Assembly: GCA_017524185.1 (NCBI GenBank)
Contig: JAFWUG010000071.1
Location: 3,445 to 67,444 of the forward strand
Length of the DNA stretch: 64,000 nt
Direction of reading: 5' to 3'
From: Bacteroidales bacterium
Lineage (GTDB): Bacteria > Bacteroidota > Bacteroidia > Bacteroidales > Tenuifilaceae
Of this stretch, positions 37,675-46,943 are shown in pieces. Within the stretch, counting starts at the first letter, position 1; each line of letters starts with the position of its first letter. A program made the translations under genes and the position numbers. A model generated the notes under the pieces. The model was not told the origin of the DNA and did not search any database. It saw nothing but the letters and a program-made list of their open reading frames with translations.

Positions 37675-37891
37675 AAAAATTGTTTTGATTATGCGTAAAC
37701 CACATCCATTCAACCCAACAATATGTACAGCACAGTAGCATACTACTTGCAACCTGTCTCTTTCAAGGTCCCCAATTGTGATCTTGAAGTTACAAATTGT
37801 TACCTCAAGTTTGTAAATTGCTCATTGCAAAGCAAAAACTGGGCAGAAATCTGTTCTGTTCATATCGCTCAACGCCAAAAGTAATTATGCC

Positions 37892-40267
37892 ATGAAAAGC
37901 TACATCAAGTTTCTGTCGCGCAACAAGCTCTACACCGCCGTCGAGGCGGTGGGGCTAACCGTGAGCATAGCCTTCGTAATCCTGATTGGGAACTACGTGC
38001 TGCAGCAGCATCGGGTGGCGCGCGAATCGCCCCATTGGGAGCGCACCTTTGTGCTGGGTGCCAACGACAATCTTAACACCTCCTACTGGGATAAAGAGGA
38101 GCTGCAGATGAACATCCCCGAGGTGCTATGCGCCACCCACATGAATAATCTATGGAGACCGTTGGTGGAGGTGGGCGACACAAAGTTCTACGTCGAGGGT
38201 ATTGAGGGCGATGCCAATCTGTTCGAGGTTTTTCCGCAATATAGAATTGTGGAGGGCAGCGCGAGCGATTTTGTTGCACCAACCGACGTAATAATCAGCC
38301 AATCGCTGGCTCAACGCATTGCCAACAACGGCGAAAACCTACTGGGCAGCTCGCTAACGCTGAACGGAACGGCACGAACCATCAAGGCCATCTACGCCGA
38401 TTTTGGCCCAGCATCATTCCTCATGCCGTTCGAGGTCATTGCGCATAGCTCCAGTTCGCCAACAGCCAGCCAGCCCAAGCCCAAACGCTTCAATCGGCGA
38501 ACGCACCTCACATGGTACCGCGTGCGCGACGATGCCAATTTGGCCGATGTTGAGGCCAAGGTGAAAGCCCAGCTCCTCAAAAACTACGGCAGCAGCTGGG
38601 GCGGGCAAAATGTGGAAACATGGCGCCCCTGGCGCATGGACGAAGCATTCTACCACAGCGATCACACCTACCTCACGCGTGTGGGCGACAAGCTGATGGT
38701 GAAAATGCTAACGGCAGTGGTGCTGCTCCTGCTGCTCTCGGCCATATTCAACTACGTCAACCTAAGCCTAGCCCTCACCGGCAAACGCGCCAAGGAGATA
38801 GCCACACGACGGCTGCTGGGAGCCAGCCCAACGAGCATCCTTTGGAAATACATCGCCGAATCGGTGGCATTCACCGCCGTGTGCTTTGCGGCAGCGCTCG
38901 TGCTTGCCCACCTGCTGGTGCCCATGGTGCAGGAACTGCTTACGGTCGATGGCGAAATAGGCGTAACTCTCTCGCTAACAACATCCATAGGCCACATGGC
39001 AGCCTACGCCGCAGGAATAGTGCTGCTGGGCACCATCTGCGGTGTTCTGCCCGCCCTGGCCATCCTGCGCCTCACGCCCATCGATGCGGTTAGGGGTACG
39101 CTCCGCCTACGCAACAAAATGGTGGTAAGCCGCATATTCATTGCCGTGCAAAACGTGCTGGCCGTTACGCTCATCGCCCTGTCGCTGGTGATGGAGCTAC
39201 AGATGCGCCACATGCTCAATCGCCCCATGCATTCGGCCACCGATAATCTGTACTACATCGGCTATTCTCAGAGCGAAAGCCACGACATGACCATGCGCCT
39301 TGTGCACAAGGTGCGCAACCTACCATTCGTTACCCAGGTGGGCATAGGAATGGGTGTGCCAGGCTCCATCAATCTCAACGCCGCTTTGCACCCCGACGAC
39401 AATGACTATGAAAGAATAATTACCCTGAATATGATAGCCGGCGACTCCACCTACTTCAGCCTGATGGGGCTTGAGGTGGAGGAGAACTTCGGCCACCCGC
39501 TGCAGCATTCCGTTTGGGTGAGCCGCTCACTCTTCAATGAGCTCGACTCCCTAACAACATTCCCACACACCCTAAGCCGTTCCACGCGCATGCCCCTCGA
39601 ATATGTGGGCGGTGTTGTTACCGATTTCCCAACAGGAAAGGCCTCCGTTAGCGAAATCAAGCCGCACTGCGCGGTGATGGTGGTTCCCGCCGACAAAATC
39701 CCAGTGGGCTGGGCATTATGCATGCTAATCAAAACAACGGGCGAGAATGCCGCCTACGACGAACAAATTCAGCAGGCTTACCGCGAATACATGAAAGAGA
39801 ACCTCGACCTGGACGAAGTGAATGGGGAGGAATTCGGATTCCTACGCAATTTTCACGAAAAGCGGCTACGCCCCCTGCGCCGAACGCTACGCCTGCTCGA
39901 GCTGTTCACGGTGCTGGCTGTAATCATAGCAATGCTGGGGCTGCTGGCCATGAGCACCTACTTTGCCGACGAGCACACCAAGCAAATTGCAGTCCGCAAG
40001 GTGTTCGGTGCCGATGTGCGCGGCGAAACCTGGCGCAACGTGCGCGGCTACATGGTGCTAACGTGCATTGCCTGCGCAATTGGCATACCGCTGGCAATTT
40101 GGGGCGCACAGCTCTACCTCACACGATTTGCCTACCGCATAGATAACTACAGCTGGATATTTGCTGTAGCGGTGGTCATAACCATGGCCATCGCATTCGC
40201 CAGCGTGCTTTGGCAAACCCTCCGCGCCGCCCACACCAACCCCACCGCCGCGCTAAGGAAGGAGTGA
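37892..40267 (+). CDS. ABC transporter permease, FtsX/MacB-type (third copy)
   Basis: 791 aa with the same architecture as 32124 and 34493. The C-terminus is NPTAALRKE. Confidence 0.85.
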   Translation: MKSYIKFLSRNKLYTAVEAVGLTVSIAFVILIGNYVLQQHRVARESPHWERTFVLGANDNLNTSYWDKEELQMNIPEVLCATHMNNLWRPLVEVGDTKFYVEGIEGDANLFEVFPQYRIVEGSASDFVAPTDVIISQSLAQRIANNGENLLGSSLTLNGTARTIKAIYADFGPASFLMPFEVIAHSSSSPTASQPKPKRFNRRTHLTWYRVRDDANLADVEAKVKAQLLKNYGSSWGGQNVETWRPWRMDEAFYHSDHTYLTRVGDKLMVKMLTAVVLLLLLSAIFNYVNLSLALTGKRAKEIATRRLLGASPTSILWKYIAESVAFTAVCFAAALVLAHLLVPMVQELLTVDGEIGVTLSLTTSIGHMAAYAAGIVLLGTICGVLPALAILRLTPIDAVRGTLRLRNKMVVSRIFIAVQNVLAVTLIALSLVMELQMRHMLNRPMHSATDNLYYIGYSQSESHDMTMRLVHKVRNLPFVTQVGIGMGVPGSINLNAALHPDDNDYERIITLNMIAGDSTYFSLMGLEVEENFGHPLQHSVWVSRSLFNELDSLTTFPHTLSRSTRMPLEYVGGVVTDFPTGKASVSEIKPHCAVMVVPADKIPVGWALCMLIKTTGENAAYDEQIQQAYREYMKENLDLDEVNGEEFGFLRNFHEKRLRPLRRTLRLLELFTVLAVIIAMLGLLAMSTYFADEHTKQIAVRKVFGADVRGETWRNVRGYMVLTCIACAIGIPLAIWGAQLYLTRFAYRIDNYSWIFAVAVVITMAIAFASVLWQTLRAAHTNPTAALRKE

Positions 40268-40297
40268 GCGCTACAAATAACTATAACACATCAACCT

Positions 40298-40349
40298 CCC
40301 ACAAAACAAACAAGCGCAACCGTATGGCTGCGCTTGTTTGTTTTGTGGG
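40298..40349. terminator. Long perfect hairpin (21-bp stem) between the permease gene and tRNA-Val
   Basis: CCCACAAAACAAACAAGCGCA pairs with TGCGCTTGTTTGTTTTGTGGG. The 3' arm overlaps the last 4 nt of the tRNA. Confidence 0.7.
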
Positions 40350-40420
40350 ACTTAGCAGATTCGAACTGCTGACCTCTTGCGTGTGAAGCAAGCGCTCTGA
40401 ACCAGCTGAGCTAAAGTCCC
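40346..40420 (-). tRNA. tRNA-Val (anticodon CAC)
   Basis: Hand-folded: acceptor GGGACTT/AAGTCCC, D-arm GCTC/GAGC, anticodon arm CTTGC-TTCACAC-GCAAG, T-arm AGCAG-TTCGAAT-CTGCT. Confidence 0.9.
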
Positions 40421-40436
40421 CCGGGCAAACGACCCG

Positions 40437-40658
40437 CTAATACTCGTCCTCGTTAAAGAAGAAGTCTTCCTTTGTGGGATAATCGGGCCAAATATCCTCT
40501 ATGCTCTCATATATATCACCCTCATCCTCAAGCTCCTGCAGGTTCTCTATAACCTCAAGCGGAGCTCCAGAACGAATGGAGTAGTCAATGAGTTCCTCCT
40601 TAGTGGCGGGCCATGGCGCATCCTCGAGTTTCGAGGCCAATTCTAGCGTCCAATACAT
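40437..40658 (-). CDS. DUF2795-family small acidic protein
   Basis: 73 aa with WPATKEELIDY and GAPLEVIENLQEL. Confidence 0.65.
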   Translation of the reverse strand: MYWTLELASKLEDAPWPATKEELIDYSIRSGAPLEVIENLQELEDEGDIYESIEDIWPDYPTKEDFFFNEDEY

Positions 40659-40733
40659 GGTTAAAATATTAAGTTGTTTATTATCAAAACATTACAAATA
40701 CTTATCGATAGGCAAATATAACAGTTTTTTTTC

Positions 40734-41282
40734 TCAAACTGCAGGTTGCCATTTTATTTGTTCAATTTTTAGTTCCTTAGCCAACTGCTGCGACAGGGCA
40801 AACAGATAGTCGCTCAGACGATTAAGGTACTTATTGGTGAGCGGTGGCAGCTCAACTTCCTGCGCCAATCTAACAGCAGCACGTTCGGCGCGACGGCACA
40901 CCGTGCGACACACATGGCAGAGCGATAGCACGCTATGCCCGCAGGGCAGCACAAAGGCGCGTAGAGGTTCAATCTGAGCATAGATAACGTCAATTTCGGC
41001 CTCAAGACGCGCAATCTCGGACTCGGTTATCTGTGGCACTTTGCTCTGAACCGATTCTTCAGAAGCATAAATCGCCGAACAATCCATCAACCTACTAATG
41101 ATGTTAACCAGCAGCGACTTAACCGCAGGCTTAACCTCTGGGCTATCGTGCAACTGACCCAAAAAAGCGGTGAGCTCGTCAACCGCGCCGTAGGTTTCCA
41201 AACGAAGGCTATATTTGGGCACACGCGTTCCACCCACGAGCGAGGTGGTGCCGGTGTCGCCTGTTTTGGTATAAATCTTCAT
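40734..41282 (-). CDS. ATP:cob(I)alamin adenosyltransferase, PduO type
   Basis: MKIYTKTGDTGTTSLVGG at the N-terminus. It starts at ATG 41282; the longer ORF begins at TTG 41291. Confidence 0.85.
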   Translation of the reverse strand: MKIYTKTGDTGTTSLVGGTRVPKYSLRLETYGAVDELTAFLGQLHDSPEVKPAVKSLLVNIISRLMDCSAIYASEESVQSKVPQITESEIARLEAEIDVIYAQIEPLRAFVLPCGHSVLSLCHVCRTVCRRAERAAVRLAQEVELPPLTNKYLNRLSDYLFALSQQLAKELKIEQIKWQPAV

Positions 41283-41320
41283 GCTGCGCAAATATTTTGT
41301 TGCCCTTACGATGCTACACC

Positions 41321-42037
41321 CTACAGGGTTTCAGATAGCGTGGGCGTGGGATTCACTTCGTCGGTTTCAATTAGCCCATCGCGCAAACGCACAATGCGAC
41401 GGGCATATCGGGCTATATCCTCTTCGTGCGTAACCACAATAATGGTGTTGCCCCTACGGTAGATGTCCTCGAAAAGGCGCATAATGTCGATGGAAGTTTG
41501 CGTATCGAGGTTGCCCGTTGGCTCGTCGGCCAATATAATGGAGGGGCTATTCACAAGCGCACGCGCCACAGCCACGCGCTGCCGCTGTCCGCCCGACATC
41601 TCGTTAGGCCTATGCCCCATGCGATGCTCTAGGCCAACGCTGCACAAAGCCCGCTCGGCACGTTCGGCACGTTCGGCACGGCTCATGCCGGCATACACCA
41701 GCGGAAGCATAACATTTTCGAGAGCTGTATATCGAGGCATCAGGTTGAAAGTCTGAAAAACAAAGCCAATCTCGCGGTTGCGTATATCGGCCAACGCATC
41801 GTCGGTTTGCTTACTAACATCGGCCCCGTTAAGCACGTAGCGACCCGATGTGGGTGTATCCAAACACCCCAAAATGTTCATCAGCGTGGACTTGCCCGAC
41901 CCCGATGGCCCCATGATGGCCACATACTCGTTACGTCCTATGCTGAGATTGACGCCCCTGAGTGCCTCAACCACCACATTGCCTACCAAAAATCGTTTCT
42001 TGATGCTATGCAAACCTATTATAGCGTCATCTATCAT
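41321..42037 (-). CDS. ABC transporter ATP-binding protein (LolD/MacB-like), no adjacent permease
   Basis: Walker A is GPSGSGKST, the signature is MSGGQRQRV and Walker B is IILADEPT. Confidence 0.85.
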   Translation of the reverse strand: MIDDAIIGLHSIKKRFLVGNVVVEALRGVNLSIGRNEYVAIMGPSGSGKSTLMNILGCLDTPTSGRYVLNGADVSKQTDDALADIRNREIGFVFQTFNLMPRYTALENVMLPLVYAGMSRAERAERAERALCSVGLEHRMGHRPNEMSGGQRQRVAVARALVNSPSIILADEPTGNLDTQTSIDIMRLFEDIYRRGNTIIVVTHEEDIARYARRIVRLRDGLIETDEVNPTPTLSETL

Positions 42038-42058
42038 ATTTTCAATATCTTACACTAT

Positions 42059-42853
42059 CTAATAGGGACCAAAACGTAGGTTGAAATGCTGTTTCGCAAC
42101 ACCTTGCCTAAAAAGCAGGATACCGCAGCGGAACAGGTCGATTGAGAGGCTAACGCGTAGATCGGCGCAAAGCACGTGCCAAGCCGCCTCCATGTCGTCG
42201 CTCCAGCGAATATCGTCGAGAACCAACATGCTGCTGGGCGTGATGTGTGGCAGCATGGCCTCCACATAGCGCAACATGGCCTCGCCCTGATGGTGCCCAT
42301 CTACAAAGGCCAAGCCCACCGATGGCAAATGCTGGAGCAAAGAAGGCAAATGCTCGGCAAACGTGCCGCAATGCGTATACACATTACCACAACCCATCGT
42401 ATCGAACTGATTTTGTGCTATTTGCTGCACATCGGCATTAACCTCAATGGTGTGCAACGGCACATCTGGAGTAGCAACCGCCATATATAAAGTGCTGATA
42501 CCCAACGATGTTCCCAATTCAACAATGCTCTGCGGCTGCATGTATCGACATAGCCTAAAAAGCAATCGGCCCAAATGCGGCGGTATGGCTGCCTTTCGAG
42601 CAATTTTTCTCACCTCCGAAGTCGCTTGCGAACAGCCATCCGCACCAACCAAATCGATGCGCTGCGCACATCGCTTTAGGCTTTGCCTATATCGCTCAAT
42701 GGGCAGAAATGCTGGTTCTTTCGCATCGGAATCGATTGCCTGCGTATAGAGTTCAAACACAAAGGGCGAATGTATGCCAAAGCCATGCCTTGGTTTACAA
42801 AGGCGGCGGAAAGCCAAATAGCGGCGCGATAGCCCTAAAATGCCCGTCTTCAT
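42059..42853 (-). CDS. Class I SAM-dependent (O-)methyltransferase
   Basis: The SAM-binding motif is IVELGTSLGIST, and GLAFVDGHH is present. It starts at ATG 42853; the longer ORF starts at TTG. Confidence 0.7.
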   Translation of the reverse strand: MKTGILGLSRRYLAFRRLCKPRHGFGIHSPFVFELYTQAIDSDAKEPAFLPIERYRQSLKRCAQRIDLVGADGCSQATSEVRKIARKAAIPPHLGRLLFRLCRYMQPQSIVELGTSLGISTLYMAVATPDVPLHTIEVNADVQQIAQNQFDTMGCGNVYTHCGTFAEHLPSLLQHLPSVGLAFVDGHHQGEAMLRYVEAMLPHITPSSMLVLDDIRWSDDMEAAWHVLCADLRVSLSIDLFRCGILLFRQGVAKQHFNLRFGPY

Positions 42854-42992
42854 GCGTTTCCCTACGGTGAATTGGGCTGCTAAGATAGCGTATTTTATGC
42901 TGATTTTGCTGCTACATGCGCAACAAAATACACACAACAAACCCAAATACTACGCTTTCAAAGAATAAGAAAACGCCATACCGACGCATAGA

Positions 42993-43475
42993 CTACTGAG
43001 CCAACTCAGTGGTTGCAGAACGCACCAACAGCGTGGTTGCAGTGGTGTTGTTGTCGGGCGACATGATATTGAAATACAACCGCTGACTTGCGTCAACATC
43101 GGCTTTCTGGTCCTGCGTGAGAGTGTAGCGCACGGTTACAACGGTGTCGTCCACCACCATAATGCCATTGCCATCGTCGCCCTCGTAGTGCAGATGCGCC
43201 ACGGCGCTATAGTTGAACAATGTGTCGTGCATAAGTGCCTCCCAGAACTGCAAATTGCTCCACAGATTGGAGTGTTCAACCGAGCAGCGCAAATGTAGCT
43301 GCATCTCAGCACAATCGAGCAAGGGGTCGATATAGAGCGTGTCGGGGATACCGCCAACCACCTTTAGGTGAATGCTTTCAATGGTGTTTATGTTCTGTTT
43401 TTCGTCGAATTTACATCCAACCGCAACAAATAGCAACAACAGAACGAGCAGTAGGCTTGTAATGGCTGTACGCAT
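42993..43475 (-). CDS. Hypothetical lipoprotein, tandem paralog A
   Basis: 160 aa with lipobox FVAVGC. It shares about half its residues with 43562-44029, including the block LHLRCSVEHSNLWSNL. Confidence 0.7.
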   Translation of the reverse strand: MRTAITSLLLVLLLLFVAVGCKFDEKQNINTIESIHLKVVGGIPDTLYIDPLLDCAEMQLHLRCSVEHSNLWSNLQFWEALMHDTLFNYSAVAHLHYEGDDGNGIMVVDDTVVTVRYTLTQDQKADVDASQRLYFNIMSPDNNTTATTLLVRSATTELAQ

Positions 43476-43561
43476 GGCTTTCTGCTTTTTGGTTGATGCC
43501 GTACACGTTACAAATATCGTGCTAAAGTGCTTAATTTCAACTACAAATTACGCACAAAACG

Positions 43562-44029
43562 CTATTTCTCAGCCCAATGAGGTAGCACCCAAAGCGTGTC
43601 GAAAATGCTATTTGGCGGCGAAATTAGATGAATATAGAGCTTTTGGCTAAAACCGGAATCTACAGTCATGCCCATGGGTATGCGATAGCCCACGCTAACA
43701 GCGGTGTCCTTGGTGATTGGAATGCCATTGCCATCGTACCCCTCATAAAACAGCGATGCCACAGCAGCATAGTGGAACACCGTGTCGCCCACCTTAGTGT
43801 TCATAAAACTAAGATTGCTCCATAGGTTTGAATGCTCCACCGAGCAGCGCAGATGCAGTTTTACTGCAGCCTCCAAACGAACGCTATCGAGATACAACGT
43901 GTCGGGGAGGGGCGATTTCAATTTCAGATGTATATACTCAACAGAACTAACCTCCTGCTTTCCCGATAAATCGCAAGCAGCAATTGCAAAAAACATCAAG
44001 CCTGATAGCAGTAGTATAGATATACGCAT
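43562..44029 (-). CDS. Hypothetical lipoprotein, tandem paralog B
   Basis: 155 aa with lipobox FAIAAC. It is a paralog of 42993-43475. Confidence 0.7.
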   Translation of the reverse strand: MRISILLLSGLMFFAIAACDLSGKQEVSSVEYIHLKLKSPLPDTLYLDSVRLEAAVKLHLRCSVEHSNLWSNLSFMNTKVGDTVFHYAAVASLFYEGYDGNGIPITKDTAVSVGYRIPMGMTVDSGFSQKLYIHLISPPNSIFDTLWVLPHWAEK

Positions 44030-44116
44030 AACGCACTGCTTTTTAGAAATTTAACAACGCTACAAAGGTAATAAAAAAAAACACAAATGACCACCCGACA
44101 AAGAGCGGGCAAAAGC

Positions 44117-44965
44117 CTACAGCACCTTGTTCTTGGAAAAGCGGCTGGTTATGAAACGACCACCAATGCTGAGTATTAGCACAATAAACGTGAGCACAAC
44201 GGCAGCAGCGTATGCCCTGTTCTGCACCTCTATCTGGGGTGCGCTGAGCTGAAAGAAAACGCTAAGAGGGAGCGTTGCCGTTTGCTGCGACAAGCTGGTG
44301 GGTATGCTGTCGGAAAAACCAGCGGCAAACATCACACCCGCTGCATCGCCTATGGCGCGGCCAATGGAAAGCAGCGTGGCCGTGGCTATGGCGGGGGCAA
44401 TCTGGCGCATAACCACGCCAATTGTCTCAATGCGCGTGGCTCCAAGGCTGTAGGAGGCCTCCAGTATCTCCTTGGGAAAGGTTTTAGCCACCTCATCCAT
44501 GGAGCGAATCAGAATGGGAATGATGAGCAGCGCCACCACTATTATACCGCCCAGCAACGATGCCCTGAGCCCAAAAAATATCATCACGGTGAAACCGAAT
44601 GCGCCATAAACAATTGATGGTATGCCAAATAGCACATCGAACGCCAACCTGGCAACGTAGCCCAACTTGGAATCTTGCCGCAGATAGACGTTCAGGTAGA
44701 ACACCACCGGTATGCTAAACACCAATCCCAGCAGCGTGCTTGCGCCCACAATGTAGAGCGAGCCAACAATGGCGTTCAAAAAACCTCCCTCCTTGCCAAT
44801 GTAGAAACCACCACCGGGCAGCGAGGTAATCATCTCCCAGGTGAGCACTGGTATGCCACGCTTGAATACGCTAAAAATCACGCTCAGCACAAAGAATAGT
44901 ACCACGGCCACCGAGAACAGCATCAGACCTCGGAATATGCGTTCTTCTATAAATTTACGTTTCAT
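44117..44965 (-). CDS. pstA: PstA-family ABC permease
   Basis: 282 aa with 6 TM segments and a binding-protein-dependent transport motif region. It follows the pstC-like gene. Confidence 0.8.
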   Translation of the reverse strand: MKRKFIEERIFRGLMLFSVAVVLFFVLSVIFSVFKRGIPVLTWEMITSLPGGGFYIGKEGGFLNAIVGSLYIVGASTLLGLVFSIPVVFYLNVYLRQDSKLGYVARLAFDVLFGIPSIVYGAFGFTVMIFFGLRASLLGGIIVVALLIIPILIRSMDEVAKTFPKEILEASYSLGATRIETIGVVMRQIAPAIATATLLSIGRAIGDAAGVMFAAGFSDSIPTSLSQQTATLPLSVFFQLSAPQIEVQNRAYAAAVVLTFIVLILSIGGRFITSRFSKNKVL

Positions 44966-44988
44966 ACAATTGCCTATATTCTATTTGT

Positions 44989-45888
44989 TTATTTATCCTT
45001 GGCCATGCGACGAAGCACAACCCGCGAACCCAGGTTGAATACCAGCACCACAAAGAACAGGATAAAAGCTGCGAACATCAATGCGGCCTCATAGAGCGGC
45101 TGCGATAGCATCTCGCCATAGTTGTTGGCAATGAGCGCAGGTATGGGATAGCACGCTTCGAGCAACGAGCGCGGTGCCTTGGGCAGATTGCCGCAAACCA
45201 TCAGCACGGCCACCGTTTCGCCAAGCGCACGGCTAATGGCCAGCACCACCGAGGCCAAAATACCTGGTGCAGTTTTGAGCAGCACAACAAACTTGGTGGT
45301 TTGCCATCGTGTAGCGCCCAAGGCCAACGACGATTCGCGCAAATCGTTCGACACGCTAGCAAATATCTCAATGAAGAGACTCACCAGCAGCGGCAAAATC
45401 ATCACGCTGAGCACAATGCCGCTGGCCAACACAGTGTAGCCACTCGATATGCCATTGGCCGAAAAACGCGGTCCAAGATAGTCGGCTATGAAAGGCACAA
45501 TCACCAGTGTGCCCCAAACGCCGTAGATTACCGACGGAATGCCCGCCAAAATATCGAGCAACGGATAAACATAGCGGCGCACAGCGCTATGCGCATACTC
45601 CATCAAGTAGATGGCCATGAGCATAGCCACGGGCAACGCTATGAGTACGGCAATACCCGTAACCCATAGCGTCCCCATGATGAACGGAAAGAAACCGAAC
45701 TGATTACGCAAAGGCTTCCAATGCGATGCCGACAGCAGTTCCCAAAGCGAATGCTCCTGCAAAATGGGAGCCGACTTCAGATAAAGTCCAACGCCCATAA
45801 CCACCACCAGCAGCAACGATAGCACAGTAAAGACAAGCATCAGCCGTCCTGCCATGCGATCTTTGAAAAGCCTGTATCTCGATTTCAC
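44989..45888 (-). CDS. pstC: PstC-family ABC permease
   Basis: 299 aa polytopic protein with SLALGATRWQT in the EAA loop. Confidence 0.8.
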   Translation of the reverse strand: MKSRYRLFKDRMAGRLMLVFTVLSLLLVVVMGVGLYLKSAPILQEHSLWELLSASHWKPLRNQFGFFPFIMGTLWVTGIAVLIALPVAMLMAIYLMEYAHSAVRRYVYPLLDILAGIPSVIYGVWGTLVIVPFIADYLGPRFSANGISSGYTVLASGIVLSVMILPLLVSLFIEIFASVSNDLRESSLALGATRWQTTKFVVLLKTAPGILASVVLAISRALGETVAVLMVCGNLPKAPRSLLEACYPIPALIANNYGEMLSQPLYEAALMFAAFILFFVVLVFNLGSRVVLRRMAKDK

Positions 45889-45918
45889 TTCCTTAATGCC
45901 ATTTGTCTGCCTTCCCTG

Positions 45919-46899
45919 CTATTTCAGCATTTCAAGGCTACGATTCACTTTTTCGGGACTCATGCCAATATAGCCCTGGGGTACATTCTCTTTCTGACCC
46001 TCGGTGAGTATATAGCGCAAAAAGTCGATAACTACAGGATTTTTGGGTATCCCCTTCGACACCAAATAAAGATCGCGGGCGGGAGGCGAGGGATAGCGAT
46101 CATTGGCTATGGCCTCCACAATCAGGTCTTTGTTGTCGTAGAAATTTTCCTCGGGGTCAATTTGCCCATTGCCATTCACATCGATGGGCAACACCAACAG
46201 ACCATCGTGGGTTTTCTTGGTGTTAATATCGTAGGCATAGCCTATGTTGTTAAACCCAATACTGTTGGGGTCTTTCTGCACGGCGGCAGCCAAACCAGGG
46301 TCGCCAAACACAGCCACACCGTTCAAGTCTTCCTGACGCTGACCAAACCACAGCGCCCATGTTTCGGCAGCCCCGCAAGCATCGGTGCGGTTGTAAACAG
46401 TTATGGGTGTCGCATCGGTAGTGCCAGCCAGTTGCCCCCAAGTGGTTATGGTCTGGTCGATCCACAAGCCATGAGCGGCCTCACGGGTTAGACCCTTTTT
46501 TAGCAAATCGGCTAAAATAGGATTGTTAGCATTGATGGTAGGCACCACAGCGTCCTTGGCAACAGCAAAAGGCACAGCCCCTTTATCGAGCTCTACCTGC
46601 GCAATCTCGCGCGACACCATGCCAAAATCTACCACACCTGCCAGCGCATCGGTGATACCCTTGCCTGCTCCACCGGCTGAGATGTCGATTTTTACTTCGG
46701 GGTGCAATTTCTGATACTCTGCTGCCCATTTAACTGCCAGCGGATACAGCGCAAAAGCACCCGACAAAGAAATCTCGTTGCTATAGGTGCCAGTGCTATC
46801 GTTGGCGTTTTTTTTCTTTCCGCCAATGCACGATGTGGCTCCGCCCAGCACCAATGCGGCAACACTGATGGCCGCAATGCATAGTAATGTTCGTTTCAT
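45919..46899 (-). CDS. pstS: PstS-family (PBP_like_2) substrate-binding lipoprotein
   Basis: Lipobox GGATSC, with LSGAFALYPLAVKWAAEY and SAGGAGKGI. It lies 44 nt downstream of cysH on the same strand. Confidence 0.8.
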   Translation of the reverse strand: MKRTLLCIAAISVAALVLGGATSCIGGKKKNANDSTGTYSNEISLSGAFALYPLAVKWAAEYQKLHPEVKIDISAGGAGKGITDALAGVVDFGMVSREIAQVELDKGAVPFAVAKDAVVPTINANNPILADLLKKGLTREAAHGLWIDQTITTWGQLAGTTDATPITVYNRTDACGAAETWALWFGQRQEDLNGVAVFGDPGLAAAVQKDPNSIGFNNIGYAYDINTKKTHDGLLVLPIDVNGNGQIDPEENFYDNKDLIVEAIANDRYPSPPARDLYLVSKGIPKNPVVIDFLRYILTEGQKENVPQGYIGMSPEKVNRSLEMLK

Positions 46900-46943
46900 C
46901 GTAAATAATTAAGAATTAGGTATTTGGTTTAGTTTGTTTTGAC

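Noticed and set aside
37593-37780. Short shared motifs with distant sites: GGTTT(T)AGTTTGTTTTG (also 46921) and GTCCCCAATTGT (also 63588)
   Set aside because: Low-complexity 12-16-mers are expected to recur by chance in 2 x 64 kb. There is no consistent position or orientation relative to genes.
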